Of a DNA stretch of 64,000 nt, positions 35,902 through 45,455 are shown piece by piece; the first letter of the stretch is position 1, and the number at the start of each line of letters is the position of its first letter. The DNA comes from Armatimonadota bacterium (lineage in GTDB: Bacteria; Armatimonadota; Zipacnadia; Zipacnadales; UBA5352): contig JAYENL010000314.1 in assembly GCA_034722055.1 (NCBI GenBank), positions 32,001 through 96,000 on the forward strand, given 5' to 3'. The notes under the pieces were generated by a model. That model was not told where the DNA came from. It saw nothing but the letters and a program-made list of their open reading frames with translations, and did not search any database. The position numbers and the translations under genes are program-made.

Positions 35902-36035
35902 GTCATGGCGAACCGAACGCGCGCGGCCGCGACAGCAACGGCCGTGGCGTGGCCAGAGACGCGCGCGGTGGCTGCGGTGAAACCTCGCGCGCCGCACGCA
36001 GCACCTCACGCCTCCCGCCAACGACTCGCGATGGC

Positions 36036-36323
36036 CGGGACGTCCCCGCGCAGGCCATCACCACGTCGGCCGCCCCGTCCTGATCGCTGCTGACCCAGCC
36101 CCAGCTCCCCACGCCGGCGGTGCAGTGCTTGACCGCCATGTCCATGTCCAGCCACTGCGGCTGCTCCTGCTTGCCGGCCACGATGACGTTGACGTACTCG
36201 CGGCTGCGCAGGCAGTGGTCGGCCACCGACAGCAGCGTGTTGGCGTCCGGCGGCAGGTAGATGCGGATGACGTCGGCCTTCTTGTTGACTACGTGGTCGA
36301 TGAAGGCGTTCGTCAGCGGCCAT
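36036..36323 (-). pseudogene. xfp: Phosphoketolase remnant (internal ~90-codon fragment)
   Basis: [52 protein letters not shown]...HCTAGVG.W....D....DVVMACAG, then frameshifted DVP; out-of-frame SD+ATG at 36323. Confidence 0.88.
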
Positions 36324-36455
36324 GGCGGCTACCTCCTCGAACGGCCTGACACACGTGCGGCCCTCTTTGCGCAGAAGAGGACATGGCCTCGGCAGTGACG
36401 AACCTGCGGGCGTTGGGCACATCCAGCACGCAGTAACTCCTCGCGGGGAGGTCCT

Positions 36456-37532
36456 ATGATGGGCTATCACATCCAGCTTCCGGACGGGGCGTATCACGTC
36501 GTGACTGCGCTCGAGCACTGCGCCTGGCCGAACCTGACGCCCATGCCGAACGGGGAGATCGGGGCGGTTATCTACAGCCACCCCAGCCATGGCTGGCACG
36601 AGGGCGATCCGGAGCTGTGGGTCAGCGCCGACGGCGGCTACACCTGGGCGCTGCGCAGCGAGGTCACCGAGCACGAGCCGCCGACGGTGCGCATGAACGT
36701 GGCGGCGGGCCTCAACGCCCAGGGCCACCTGGTGGCGCTGGTGAGCGGCTGGAGCCTGCAGGGGGAGGAGCGCGGCGGCCGCGGCCATGTCCTCAAGCCC
36801 TGGGTCTGCATCTCCACCGACGAGGGGCACACCTGGGAGCAGGTGGGCGAGGTGGCGCCGGCCGCCGGCGAGCTTCCCGGCTTCCAGGATGCGCCCACGC
36901 TGATCCCCTTCGGCGACGTCTGCCCTGCCGGCGACGAGGTCGTGGTGAGCTGCTACGGGTCCGCCGACTGGGAGACCGACAGCCGGCGCCACAGCGTCCT
37001 GCTGCGCAGCGCCGACGGCGGCCGCACCTGGGGCGACGGCTCCATCATCGGCGAGGGCAACTACAACGAGACCGACATCCTGGTGCACAGCTCCGGGCGC
37101 TGGCTGGCGCTGTGCCGCACCTGGGGCGTGCGCACCGACGAGCCCGGCGTGGTCCTGCCCGCGAACGTGCGCCTGTTCGTCTCCGAGGACAGGGGGCGCA
37201 CCTGGCAGCCGAGCCACCACCTGGGGCTCCCCGGCCAGCACCCCGGGCACCTGCTGGAGCTGGGCGACGGGCGCGTCCTGGCCAGCTACGGGAGCCGCAT
37301 CCCGCGCTTCCGCGGCGTCTGCGGTCGCATCAGTGACGATGCGGGTGAGACCTGGTCCGCGCCCTTCGTGATCGTGGGCGGGCTGCTGGAGGGCGACCTG
37401 GGCTACCCCTCCAGCGTGCAGGTCGATGACGACGAGATCGTCACCTGCTACTACTCCAACTGCTCGCCGTGGCACCAGCGCTATCACATGGGCGTGGTGC
37501 GGTGGAGCCTGGATGCCGTGCCGCTGGACTGA
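36456..37532 (+). CDS. BNR/Asp-box beta-propeller (sialidase-like) protein
   Basis: Five Asp boxes: SADGGYTW, STDEGHTW, SADGGRTW, SEDRGRTW, SDDAGETW; DLGYPSSV. Confidence 0.85.
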   Translation: MMGYHIQLPDGAYHVVTALEHCAWPNLTPMPNGEIGAVIYSHPSHGWHEGDPELWVSADGGYTWALRSEVTEHEPPTVRMNVAAGLNAQGHLVALVSGWSLQGEERGGRGHVLKPWVCISTDEGHTWEQVGEVAPAAGELPGFQDAPTLIPFGDVCPAGDEVVVSCYGSADWETDSRRHSVLLRSADGGRTWGDGSIIGEGNYNETDILVHSSGRWLALCRTWGVRTDEPGVVLPANVRLFVSEDRGRTWQPSHHLGLPGQHPGHLLELGDGRVLASYGSRIPRFRGVCGRISDDAGETWSAPFVIVGGLLEGDLGYPSSVQVDDDEIVTCYYSNCSPWHQRYHMGVVRWSLDAVPLD

Positions 37533-37597
37533 ATGGCGGGGGAGAGGACACAACGGCGTCGCGCGTGAACCCGCCACGAATGGGGTCAGGCCGCGAT

Positions 37598-37692
37598 CCG
37601 TTCCGTGGCATGGGCACTCCTGCCCGTGCGCCGTTTCGTACGTGCGGGGCTTTCAACGGCCGACGGACAGGAGTGTCCGTCGCACGGAACGG
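37598..37692. repeat. REPIN-like inverted doublet
   Basis: CCGTTCCGTG-GCATGGGCACTCCTGCCCGTG ... GACGGACAGGAGTGTCCGTCG-CACGGAACGG: two inverted related palindromes between convergent genes. Confidence 0.7.
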
Positions 37693-37852
37693 CTAACGAT
37701 CGCGAGTGACGCTGCTCAGGATCGCTGGATGTGCGCGAACTCCCAGGTCTCCGTTGATTCGAGGGCGGCAAGGGCGGTTGTGGTAGAGCGGCAGGCGGCC
37801 CGGGTGCCCTCCTCCGAATTCCTCCCGCGCTGGGGCGTCGTGGGGCGGGACG

Positions 37853-38719
37853 CTACCCCGCGCCCTGCCACAGCCGCTGGAGGTGCCGGAGGCTGTGGTG
37901 CAGGGCGGCCTGTGTGCGCTCCATCGGGGCGTGCTCCACGTTGATGACGTGCACGCGATCTACCTGCTGTCCCCTGGCGGCCTCCACGTACCGTTGCAGC
38001 GGGGCGTCGCCGGTGCCGAGCTGCACCGACAGGAAGGGGCGCTGACCGTCGGGGTCCGGCCGGTGGTCCTTCCAGCCGATGACCGGCACGCGGCCGGGAT
38101 GGCGCTCCAGCAGCTCCCAGCCCGGCTGCTCGCAGGTGGTCATGTGGCCCGTGTTGAGCAGGATGCCGGCACGCTCGGAGGACAGCTCCTCCAGGTAGCG
38201 CTCGCAGTCGGCCACGCTCTCGATGACGCCGTGGTAGTGCGCATCGACGGCAAAGAGCATGTCGCCGAACTCCCCTGCCACGGCGTCCACGATCCGCGCC
38301 AGCCGGCGGATCTGCTCCAGCTTCTCCTCGGGGGTCAGCCCGGCCGCCTCGGCGCGGCCGCCCGAATGCCCCACATGCCGGCAGCCGAGGCCCTCGGCCG
38401 CCCGGCAGGCGTCGCGGAGGTGCGTCACGCTCTCGTCGAACGCGGCCTCGGAGGTCGGATCGACGCCTGAGCCGTAGAGGCCCACGATCTCCATGCCGGC
38501 CTCATCCGCGATGGACTTCACCAGGTCCAGATCCGACTGTGCGAGGTCCAGCAGGCAGGCCTCGGGCGTCTCTTGCGCCGTGAGCGCCGGGCGGCCGGGG
38601 ATGGACATGAGCATGACGCCCTCGAAGCCGGCGTCGCGCAGCACCTGCAGCGCCGCCGGCAGCGACATGGTGTCGCGGCCCTCGTAGGTCATGGCGTGGA
38701 TGATGGCCGAGAAGCTCAC
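37853..38719 (-). CDS. Sugar phosphate isomerase/epimerase-like TIM barrel (divergent)
   Basis: DAGFEGV, AVDAHY, LNTGH, IGWKD, LGTGD; GTG overlaps the upstream stop. Confidence 0.7.
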   Translation of the reverse strand: MSFSAIIHAMTYEGRDTMSLPAALQVLRDAGFEGVMLMSIPGRPALTAQETPEACLLDLAQSDLDLVKSIADEAGMEIVGLYGSGVDPTSEAAFDESVTHLRDACRAAEGLGCRHVGHSGGRAEAAGLTPEEKLEQIRRLARIVDAVAGEFGDMLFAVDAHYHGVIESVADCERYLEELSSERAGILLNTGHMTTCEQPGWELLERHPGRVPVIGWKDHRPDPDGQRPFLSVQLGTGDAPLQRYVEAARGQQVDRVHVINVEHAPMERTQAALHHSLRHLQRLWQGAG

Positions 38720-39672
38720 TGCGGAGCACCCTCTTCGCGGAGCCGATGGAGGATGGCCTCGCACAGCTCCATGGTGCGAACGGTGTCCTCGACAGGCGCG
38801 ATGTCCTGCTCCTCACCGCGCACCGCCGCGAGGAAGTTGGCGACGTCGTCGTGGTAGCCCCACCAGTCGATCAGCCGCTGGGGATTCCACGTGCCCATCT
38901 GCATGCAGATGTCGTCGGCCTCCGGTCGATGGTAGCGCAGGTCGCCGTCGTGGGAGAAGACGGTGTGGCCGGCCCGGCCGGTGATCTCGAAGTAGATGAA
39001 CTCATCGCCTGAGTCCATCTCCGACGTGACGTTCAGCGACGCCAGCGCGCCGCTGGCGAGGGTGATGGCCGCCACGTAGCCGCGAACGCCCTCCTGGGCC
39101 AGCGGCGTAGCCTGCACGCTTTTCCAGTCGCCCAGCAGATGCAGAATGGTGTCCACCGCATGCACGTTCTGGTCAGTGATTGCGCTGCTCCACGTCCTCC
39201 CGGCCATCAGCCCGTAGCGGAAGACCATGAGCGTCGGCGCCCCGAACTCGTCGGCCGTCAGGATCTCGCGGGTCCGCCGAACCGCAGGGGCGGACCGGAG
39301 GTTGAAGCCGACGTGGCAGACCACGCCGGCCTCATGCGCCGCCTCGGCCATCTCCCGCACCGGCGGGGATGACGAGGCCGCCGGCTTCTGCACGTAGAGT
39401 GGGAAGCCAGCGCGGAGCACGTCCAGGCCCACCTCGCACTGCATCTGCGGCGGCCCGACGCAGAAGACAGCGTCGGGCCCCTCGCGCTGCAGCATCTCGC
39501 GGAAGTCCACGTAGACGCTCTCGAAGCCGTGGCGGTCCGCCGCTCGCCGGGCCCTCTCCTCCACCAGGTCGCAGACGGCCGCGAGCTGAACGTCATGGCG
39601 GCCAAGCTGCGGGAAGATGAACCGGCTGCTGAAGCTGCCGGCGCCGATGTAGGCGATGCGCAGGCTCATCAT
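38716..39672 (-). CDS. Gfo/Idh/MocA oxidoreductase
   Basis: IAYIGAG, AVCDL, YVQKP, VGFNLR, HAVD. Confidence 0.85.
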   Translation of the reverse strand: MMSLRIAYIGAGSFSSRFIFPQLGRHDVQLAAVCDLVEERARRAADRHGFESVYVDFREMLQREGPDAVFCVGPPQMQCEVGLDVLRAGFPLYVQKPAASSSPPVREMAEAAHEAGVVCHVGFNLRSAPAVRRTREILTADEFGAPTLMVFRYGLMAGRTWSSAITDQNVHAVDTILHLLGDWKSVQATPLAQEGVRGYVAAITLASGALASLNVTSEMDSGDEFIYFEITGRAGHTVFSHDGDLRYHRPEADDICMQMGTWNPQRLIDWWGYHDDVANFLAAVRGEEQDIAPVEDTVRTMELCEAILHRLREEGAPQ

Positions 39673-39679
39673 CAGTCCC

Positions 39680-40654
39680 TCACGGTGCGCTGGACTCCTC
39701 GGGGCCCGGGAACAGCTCGCACAGGGCCTCGTAGACGTCATCGGGCACGTCGGCGTCGGCGGCCTGGATGTTGTCCTCGAGCTGGCTCACCTTGGTGACG
39801 CCGCTGATGACCGACGTCAGGGCCGGATGCCGCAGGCACCAGGCCATGGCGAGCTGCGCGGCGGTCAGACCCAGGTCGCCGGCCATCTCCTCCAGGCGCT
39901 TGGCCTTTCGCAGGATCTCGTCGGTCCAGTAGAGGTCCATCAGGATCTTATTCTGGGCCTCGTCGGCCGCGCGCGTGCCCTCCGGTGGCGGCTCGCCGGG
40001 CTCGTACTTGGCGGTCAGCACGCCGTGCGCCAGCGGCGAGAACACCACGTTGCCCAGGCCGTTGTGCAGGCAGGTGGGGAAGACCGCCTCCTCCGGCTCG
40101 CGCCACAGGAGGCTGTAGCGGGGCTGATTGGAGACCGGCGGGCGGCAGTTCATCATCTTCGCCAGGTCCACGGCCTCCTGGATCAGCTCCGCCGGCCACT
40201 CGCTGGTGCCCCAGTAGAGGATCTTGCCCTGCCGGGCGAGGTCCTCCATGATGCGGATGGTCTCCTCCAGCGGCGTCTCCGGGTCGGGCCGGTGGCACTG
40301 ATACAGATCGATGTAGTCGGTCTGCAGGCGCCGCAGGGACGCGTCGCACTGCTCGAAGACGTGCTTGGCCGAGAGCCCGCTGTCGTTCGGCCCCTCGCCC
40401 ATCGGCGCCCAGACCTTGGTGGCCAGCACGTAGTCGTCGCGATCATAGTCCTGCAGGATCTTGCCGAGCGCGATCTCGGCCTGGCCCCGGTTGTAGGCAT
40501 TGGCGGTGTCGATCCAGTTGATGCCCCCGTCGAAGGCCACCTTCACGCACTCGGCGGCGGTCTCGTCATCGACGTGCATGCCGATGGTCAGGTAGCTGCC
40601 GAGGCCGATGGTGCTGAGCTTCACGCCCCACTTGCCCAGATTGCGGTACTCCAT
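39680..40654 (-). CDS. Aldo/keto reductase
   Basis: MEYRNLGKWG, DTANAY, LATKV, LQTDYIDLYQCHRPD, GTSEW, QPRYSLL, SPLAHGVL. Confidence 0.92.
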   Translation of the reverse strand: MEYRNLGKWGVKLSTIGLGSYLTIGMHVDDETAAECVKVAFDGGINWIDTANAYNRGQAEIALGKILQDYDRDDYVLATKVWAPMGEGPNDSGLSAKHVFEQCDASLRRLQTDYIDLYQCHRPDPETPLEETIRIMEDLARQGKILYWGTSEWPAELIQEAVDLAKMMNCRPPVSNQPRYSLLWREPEEAVFPTCLHNGLGNVVFSPLAHGVLTAKYEPGEPPPEGTRAADEAQNKILMDLYWTDEILRKAKRLEEMAGDLGLTAAQLAMAWCLRHPALTSVISGVTKVSQLEDNIQAADADVPDDVYEALCELFPGPEESSAP

Positions 40655-40726
40655 GCTCTACACCCTTTCTTGCCAACGGTGCGGTGGTGAGCAGCATTTC
40701 GTCGCACTGGTTGCCTCGTCCTCCGT

Positions 40727-41845
40727 TCAGCCGGGCGGGCCCACCTCCTGGAAGGGCGCGGGAGGCGCGCCGCAGTGCCTCCGGATGCGGTCCATGAACT
40801 TCCACAGCGCCCCGTAGTGGCAGATCGGGGGCAGACCGTGGTCCACGCTGGGGAAGTAGCCGCCGTGCTCCAGCATCTGCGGCACCTTGGCGTCCACCTC
40901 GGCGATGGCCGTCTCGCCCGTGGGATCGACCATGGCGTGCTTGTCCAGCCCGCCGCAGATGACGAAGCGCGGCAGCTCGCGGCGGATCTGCAGGATGTCG
41001 GAGCCGCCGTGGGTCGGCTCGAAGGCGTGGCACATGTTCACGCCCGCCTCCCACAGGCAATGCACCAGCTCGCTGACATCACCGTCGCAGTCAATGTCCA
41101 CCACCGCGGCACCGACCTCGCGCGCGAAGTTGGCCACCTCGCGGTAGTAGGGACCGCAGAACTCGGCGAAGGCCTCCGGTGAGATGAGCATCCCGCCGCG
41201 GTAGCACATGTCCTCCCAGCCGCAGATGGCGTCGATCTGGATGCGATCGGCCACCCACCGGGCCTGGTCGAGGAACAGGTCGGTCTGAGCGCGGTTGATC
41301 TCGTGGATCAGGTCGGGGTCGTCGTGCATCAGGTAGCTGATACGGTCGATCCCGAACCAGCTCCGCAGCCTCCCCCAGTAGCTGGGGCAGCTCACCGCCA
41401 GCGGCTCATCGGGCTGCTCGTCAGGAAGCTGCGGCCGGCCGCGGTCGGGGTGTGCCGGGTCCCAGCGCGGCCGCATCTGTAGCTCCCAGTCGCGGCGGTC
41501 CTCGAACATGTAGCTCTGGAACTGGGGCATCATATAGTGGTCGGGGTTGTCGGCCAGCTCCCGCGTCTCGGCCTTGTAGCAGCGCACCAGCACGTATCCG
41601 TCGCCGAGGTCGATGCGCTCCACCTCGAAGGCCGGCACGAAGCCGGTGTGCAGCCCGATCTGGTGGTAGCCCTCCACCCCCCAGAACTCTTCGACGGACT
41701 CGAAGTCGCTGGGATAGCCCTCCTCGTGCTGCCACCGGGCGATGGTCTCGCGATGGGCGATGCCGATGCCGGGCGCCCACCAGTAGGGGACGTAGTCAGG
41801 CTCCTCGAACCTCGCCACCGCCAGGAAGCGCTCGCGGGTCGTCAC
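40727..41845 (-). CDS. Uroporphyrinogen decarboxylase / MtaA-like family protein
   Basis: MTTRERF, WEDMCYRGGMLISP, DCDGD, GGLDK, GGYFPSVDH. Confidence 0.8.
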   Translation of the reverse strand: MTTRERFLAVARFEEPDYVPYWWAPGIGIAHRETIARWQHEEGYPSDFESVEEFWGVEGYHQIGLHTGFVPAFEVERIDLGDGYVLVRCYKAETRELADNPDHYMMPQFQSYMFEDRRDWELQMRPRWDPAHPDRGRPQLPDEQPDEPLAVSCPSYWGRLRSWFGIDRISYLMHDDPDLIHEINRAQTDLFLDQARWVADRIQIDAICGWEDMCYRGGMLISPEAFAEFCGPYYREVANFAREVGAAVVDIDCDGDVSELVHCLWEAGVNMCHAFEPTHGGSDILQIRRELPRFVICGGLDKHAMVDPTGETAIAEVDAKVPQMLEHGGYFPSVDHGLPPICHYGALWKFMDRIRRHCGAPPAPFQEVGPPG

Positions 41846-42630
41846 CTGCGCCCCTCCAGGACTATCGTCTCGCCGGGCTGAGGCATGTGCGTGTCGGGGA
41901 AGATCTCTGTGGTCGCGGCGAGCACCTCCTCGCGATCCCCAGCGCCGATGTGCACGAGCGCCAGCATGGCGGCCCCCGCGTCGGCGGCGATGCGCGCGGA
42001 CTGGAGGGCGCTGGAGTGACCGGCGCTGCTATCCGGGTCCGGATCGGTGAGGCCGGTCGAGCCCTCCATGACCAGCAGGTCCACGCTCCGGAAGAAGTCT
42101 GCCAGTTCGGGGAGGTAGGCGGTATCGCCTGAGATGCCGATCGTGGCCCCTGTCTGCGTGTCGCAAAGCCGGTACGCGAGGCCCTGCACCGGATGGCGGG
42201 TGGGAGCCGTCTGCACCTCCAGTTCGCCCACGCGGAGACTCTCGCCGGGCTGCAGTGGCAGGACCTGCGGCCGGGCGCTGACGGACGCGAAGCGGTCGGC
42301 CTGCAGGTAGTCCAGGGCCAGGTCCACCACGCGCTCGATGTCCTCGGCCGGGCCGGCGACGGCCAGTTCGGCGGCGTCCTCGAGTCGCGACGCCTGCATA
42401 GCCCGGTAGAACAGCACGCCGGCCAGGCCCATGTAGTGGTCGTGGTGGCAGTGGGTGATCAGCACATGCGAGAGGTCGGTGGCGTCTCGCTCGGACCGCC
42501 GCAGCATCGACAGGGCCGCGCACCAGCCGCAGTCGATCAGCACATGCTCGTTGAGCAGGAAGCAGGCGGTGTCATCGTCCGCCGGCGGCGTGCAGCTTGC
42601 GGTTCCGATGAAGGTCAGCGTCGTCGGCAC
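41842..42630 (-). CDS. MBL-fold metallo-hydrolase (RNase Z-like)
   Basis: FIGTAS, LIDCG, THCHHDH, TRHPV, ISGDT, GHSS, LVH. Confidence 0.85.
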   Translation of the reverse strand: MPTTLTFIGTASCTPPADDDTACFLLNEHVLIDCGWCAALSMLRRSERDATDLSHVLITHCHHDHYMGLAGVLFYRAMQASRLEDAAELAVAGPAEDIERVVDLALDYLQADRFASVSARPQVLPLQPGESLRVGELEVQTAPTRHPVQGLAYRLCDTQTGATIGISGDTAYLPELADFFRSVDLLVMEGSTGLTDPDPDSSAGHSSALQSARIAADAGAAMLALVHIGAGDREEVLAATTEIFPDTHMPQPGETIVLEGRR

Positions 42631-42704
42631 GGCGCGTCACCTCTCGTGTTCAGTGCCGGGAATTCGCTTACCTTGCCGCACCCGCCACGATGCCCGCGCC
42701 CACC

Positions 42705-42780
42705 ATGGAGTGGCCGCCGCGAGCGAGCGGGGCGCGGTCAGGAGCGGGAGCGAGTGACCGCGCAGGTTCCACCCCGGCCC
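42705..42780 (-). repeat. Dispersed ~80-bp structured repeat, copy 2
   Basis: ATGGAGTGGCCGC...AGGTTCCACCCCGGCCC on + strand. Confidence 0.75.
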
Positions 42781-42795
42781 GCGTCCTCCGAGCAG

Positions 42796-43515
42796 TCACT
42801 GATCCTTGTCACGCCCGCCCCAGCCCGCCGAGATGCGCTCGATGCAGCCCTCGGGCCGGTAGTCGGCGGGATCGACGCCCAGCCCCAGCTCATCGCGGAT
42901 GGCCTGCAGCTCCCGGAGGCGCTCCGCCGAGAGAGCGTCCGCGCCGCCGAGCTGCTGGATAACCGCGGCCACCTGCGCCCCCTGCTCCACCCACTCCATG
43001 CGGTGGTGCGCCTCCCAGATATCCCGGCCCACCGCCACGACGCCATGGTTGCGCAGCAGGAAGGCGTCGGCCTGCTGCAGCATCGGCAGGGCGGTCTCAG
43101 GCACCTCCGGGCTGCCGGGCGGGGCGAACCGCGCGCAGGGCACCTCCCAGAGCGTGACCGCGACCTCCGTGATGTAGTGCGTGGGCAGCGGCCGGCCCAG
43201 CGCCGCGAAGGCCGTGGCGTAGGGCGGATGAGCGTGCACGACCGCCCCTACGTCGCGCCGGGCGCAGTAGCAGACCAGGTGCAGCATGGCCTCCGAGGAC
43301 GCTTCCCCCGGACCGATCACTCGCCCATCGGGGGTCATCATGACGATCTGGTCGGGCGCCATGAAGCCCTTGGAGACGCCGGTGGGGGTGCAGAGGATGT
43401 TGCCATCGGCCATCCGGGCGCTGATGTTCCCGTCGGTGGCCGCCACCTGTGAGCGGGCCCACAGGCGCTGGCCAACCTCGCAGATGGCCTTGCGAAGCTC
43501 CTGCTCGCTCGCCAT
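42796..43515 (-). CDS. Class II aldolase/adducin family protein
   Basis: DGNISAR, TPTGVSKG, SSEAMLH, VVHAHP, LLRNHG. Confidence 0.9.
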   Translation of the reverse strand: MASEQELRKAICEVGQRLWARSQVAATDGNISARMADGNILCTPTGVSKGFMAPDQIVMMTPDGRVIGPGEASSEAMLHLVCYCARRDVGAVVHAHPPYATAFAALGRPLPTHYITEVAVTLWEVPCARFAPPGSPEVPETALPMLQQADAFLLRNHGVVAVGRDIWEAHHRMEWVEQGAQVAAVIQQLGGADALSAERLRELQAIRDELGLGVDPADYRPEGCIERISAGWGGRDKDQ

Positions 43516-43532
43516 CTCGCTCTCCTCGTCCG

Positions 43533-44504
43533 CTACAGGTCGCTGAGCATCACTGGCTCGCCGGAGTCGGCCGACTGGTTGGCGGCGAGGCTCACGGCCA
43601 GGGACTCGATGCCGTCGGAGTAGTCCGACAGGATGAGCGACTGGTCACCGGTCTCGACGGCCTGCACGAATGCCTCACTCTCCCGGAAGTGTGCGGAGAT
43701 GGGCTGGAAGGTCTTGGTCTCGCTGCCGGCCCGGGTGCGCAGCTCGAAGTTGGACTGATCGAAGACCACCGTCTTGCGGTCACCGATGATGCACAGCCCG
43801 TTGCGCCATCCCGGCGGCACGCAGGAGTTGGTGATGTTGCCCACCGCACCGCTCTCGAAGCGGAGGTTGACGGTGCCCACGTCCGGCACCGAGATGTTCT
43901 CCACGTCCGTCATCGCCCGCAGGGCCATCTCGGCGTACACCCGCTCCACGTCGCCCGCCAGATAGCGGGCCATGTCCACGATGTGCGTGGTCTGCTCCAC
44001 GATCTGGCCCCCGGACTGCTCCTTCACGCGCCACCACGCCACCCCCGGCAGCCCGCCCATCCACCACCCCAGGACCATGGCGATGGTCTCGCCCTCCAGG
44101 GCCTCCTGCGCCCACCTGGCTGTGTCGTGATAGCGCCAGTGGTAGCCGACGCAGTTGATGACGCCGGCGCGCTCGATGGCGGCCTCGATCTCCCGAACCT
44201 TCGCCATGCTCAGCCCGATGGGCTTCTCAACGAAGATCGCCATGCCCGCCTCCGCGGCCATGATCTCCTGATCCTCGTGCGCGAAGGGCGGCAGGCAGAT
44301 GTAGACGGCGTCCATCTCCACGCTGTCGTACATCGCCTCATGGGTAGCGAATGCCCGGCCGCCGTACTCCTCCGCGGCCGCCTCGGCCTTCTCCTCCACG
44401 ATGTCGCTGAAGGCCACCATCTCCGCGTCCTCGATCTTGGCGAGGTTGCGCATGTGCGCGTTCGCGATCCCGCCGCATCCGACGAATCCGATCCTCACTG
44501 CCAT
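43533..44504 (-). CDS. Gfo/Idh/MocA oxidoreductase
   Basis: IGFVGCGGIA, FVEKP, VGYHWRY, SGGQIVEQTTHIVD. Confidence 0.92.
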   Translation of the reverse strand: MAVRIGFVGCGGIANAHMRNLAKIEDAEMVAFSDIVEEKAEAAAEEYGGRAFATHEAMYDSVEMDAVYICLPPFAHEDQEIMAAEAGMAIFVEKPIGLSMAKVREIEAAIERAGVINCVGYHWRYHDTARWAQEALEGETIAMVLGWWMGGLPGVAWWRVKEQSGGQIVEQTTHIVDMARYLAGDVERVYAEMALRAMTDVENISVPDVGTVNLRFESGAVGNITNSCVPPGWRNGLCIIGDRKTVVFDQSNFELRTRAGSETKTFQPISAHFRESEAFVQAVETGDQSLILSDYSDGIESLAVSLAANQSADSGEPVMLSDL

Positions 44505-44608
44505 GTGGTGCTCCTCCCTCTTCTTCTCGGGCCGTTCCACGGCCCGATGCGCTGGCTGTTCGCTGCGACAGCAGTACGCTTCTGCAGTAGTTCGCAGCCC
44601 CGGCGACG

Positions 44609-45325
44609 TCACCTGCCTGCGGGGCGCAGACGGTCGCGGCCCGCGGCCAGCGCCGCCTCGAGATCGGCCACCAGCCCTCGGACGGCCTCTGAGGCCTCAT
44701 CGAAGAGCCGCGCCCGGTGCAGCAGCAGGACCTCCGCGAGGTGCCGGTCAGCGACCTGGCGCTCCAGCGCCGGACAGGGAGGTACCTGCAGCGAGCGGAT
44801 CTCGTCGAAGCTGAGGTTCGCCGGCCCCACGCCGTTGAGCAGCCGGTGGATCTGCGCCCATCCAAAGCGGGTGCGCAGGAATGCGGCCACGTAGTCAGGA
44901 TCGAGGCCGCCGAGGCGCACCAGGTCCACGAAGCAGTCCACGACCGCTGGCTCCTCGGCGTGATAGACCGCCAGGCGGTTGCGCTCCAGCGATCCCGCGC
45001 CGGAGCGCGCGATCAGGAGGTCACCGCGACGCACCATGGCCCTCTCGATGGCCCAGGGGGAGCCCCGGGCCACGTGCACCGCGCCGGCCATGTCAACGCC
45101 GCTGGTGCCGAGGGCTCCCTGGCCGATCATGGGGATGCCGCCGCGCGTCATCTGGGGCCTGCGGCCCGTGACGATGGCCCCGTAGGTGATGTGGTCGATG
45201 AACTCTCCCAGCGGCCGCAGAGGGAGCTGGCACCCGGCCAGCACCTCATCGTAGCCGGTGTGCCAGTATGACGGGTCCAGGCGGCGGATGAGCTTGTCGT
45301 CCTGAGCGCGATGGGTCAGAAACAC
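44609..45325 (-). CDS. Orphan half-size restriction-modification specificity (HsdS/TRD-like) protein
   Basis: RRLDPSYW, LGEF...ITYG, VRRGDLLIARSG, DPDYVAAFLRTRFG..Q, GVG..NL..DEIRSLQVP; GGAGGT SD, GTG 45325. Confidence 0.65.
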   Translation of the reverse strand: MFLTHRAQDDKLIRRLDPSYWHTGYDEVLAGCQLPLRPLGEFIDHITYGAIVTGRRPQMTRGGIPMIGQGALGTSGVDMAGAVHVARGSPWAIERAMVRRGDLLIARSGAGSLERNRLAVYHAEEPAVVDCFVDLVRLGGLDPDYVAAFLRTRFGWAQIHRLLNGVGPANLSFDEIRSLQVPPCPALERQVADRHLAEVLLLHRARLFDEASEAVRGLVADLEAALAAGRDRLRPAGR

Positions 45326-45455
45326 CTGCGGACCTCCTGCCGGCGGCTGGCAGTCGATGGAGGACATTCGCCGGCGGAGCGAGAATCGCCTACGCTGCCA
45401 GGCAGATGGATTGCACGGCCGACGCGGCTGAGACCACAATCAAGGAGGGACACCA

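Noticed and set aside
35903..36226. 107-aa ORF as a functional gene
   Set aside because: It is part of the xfp fragment running into unrelated sequence after a frameshift.
44609..45325. Defence island or complete restriction-modification system
   Set aside because: No methyltransferase, nuclease, integrase or compositional shift nearby.
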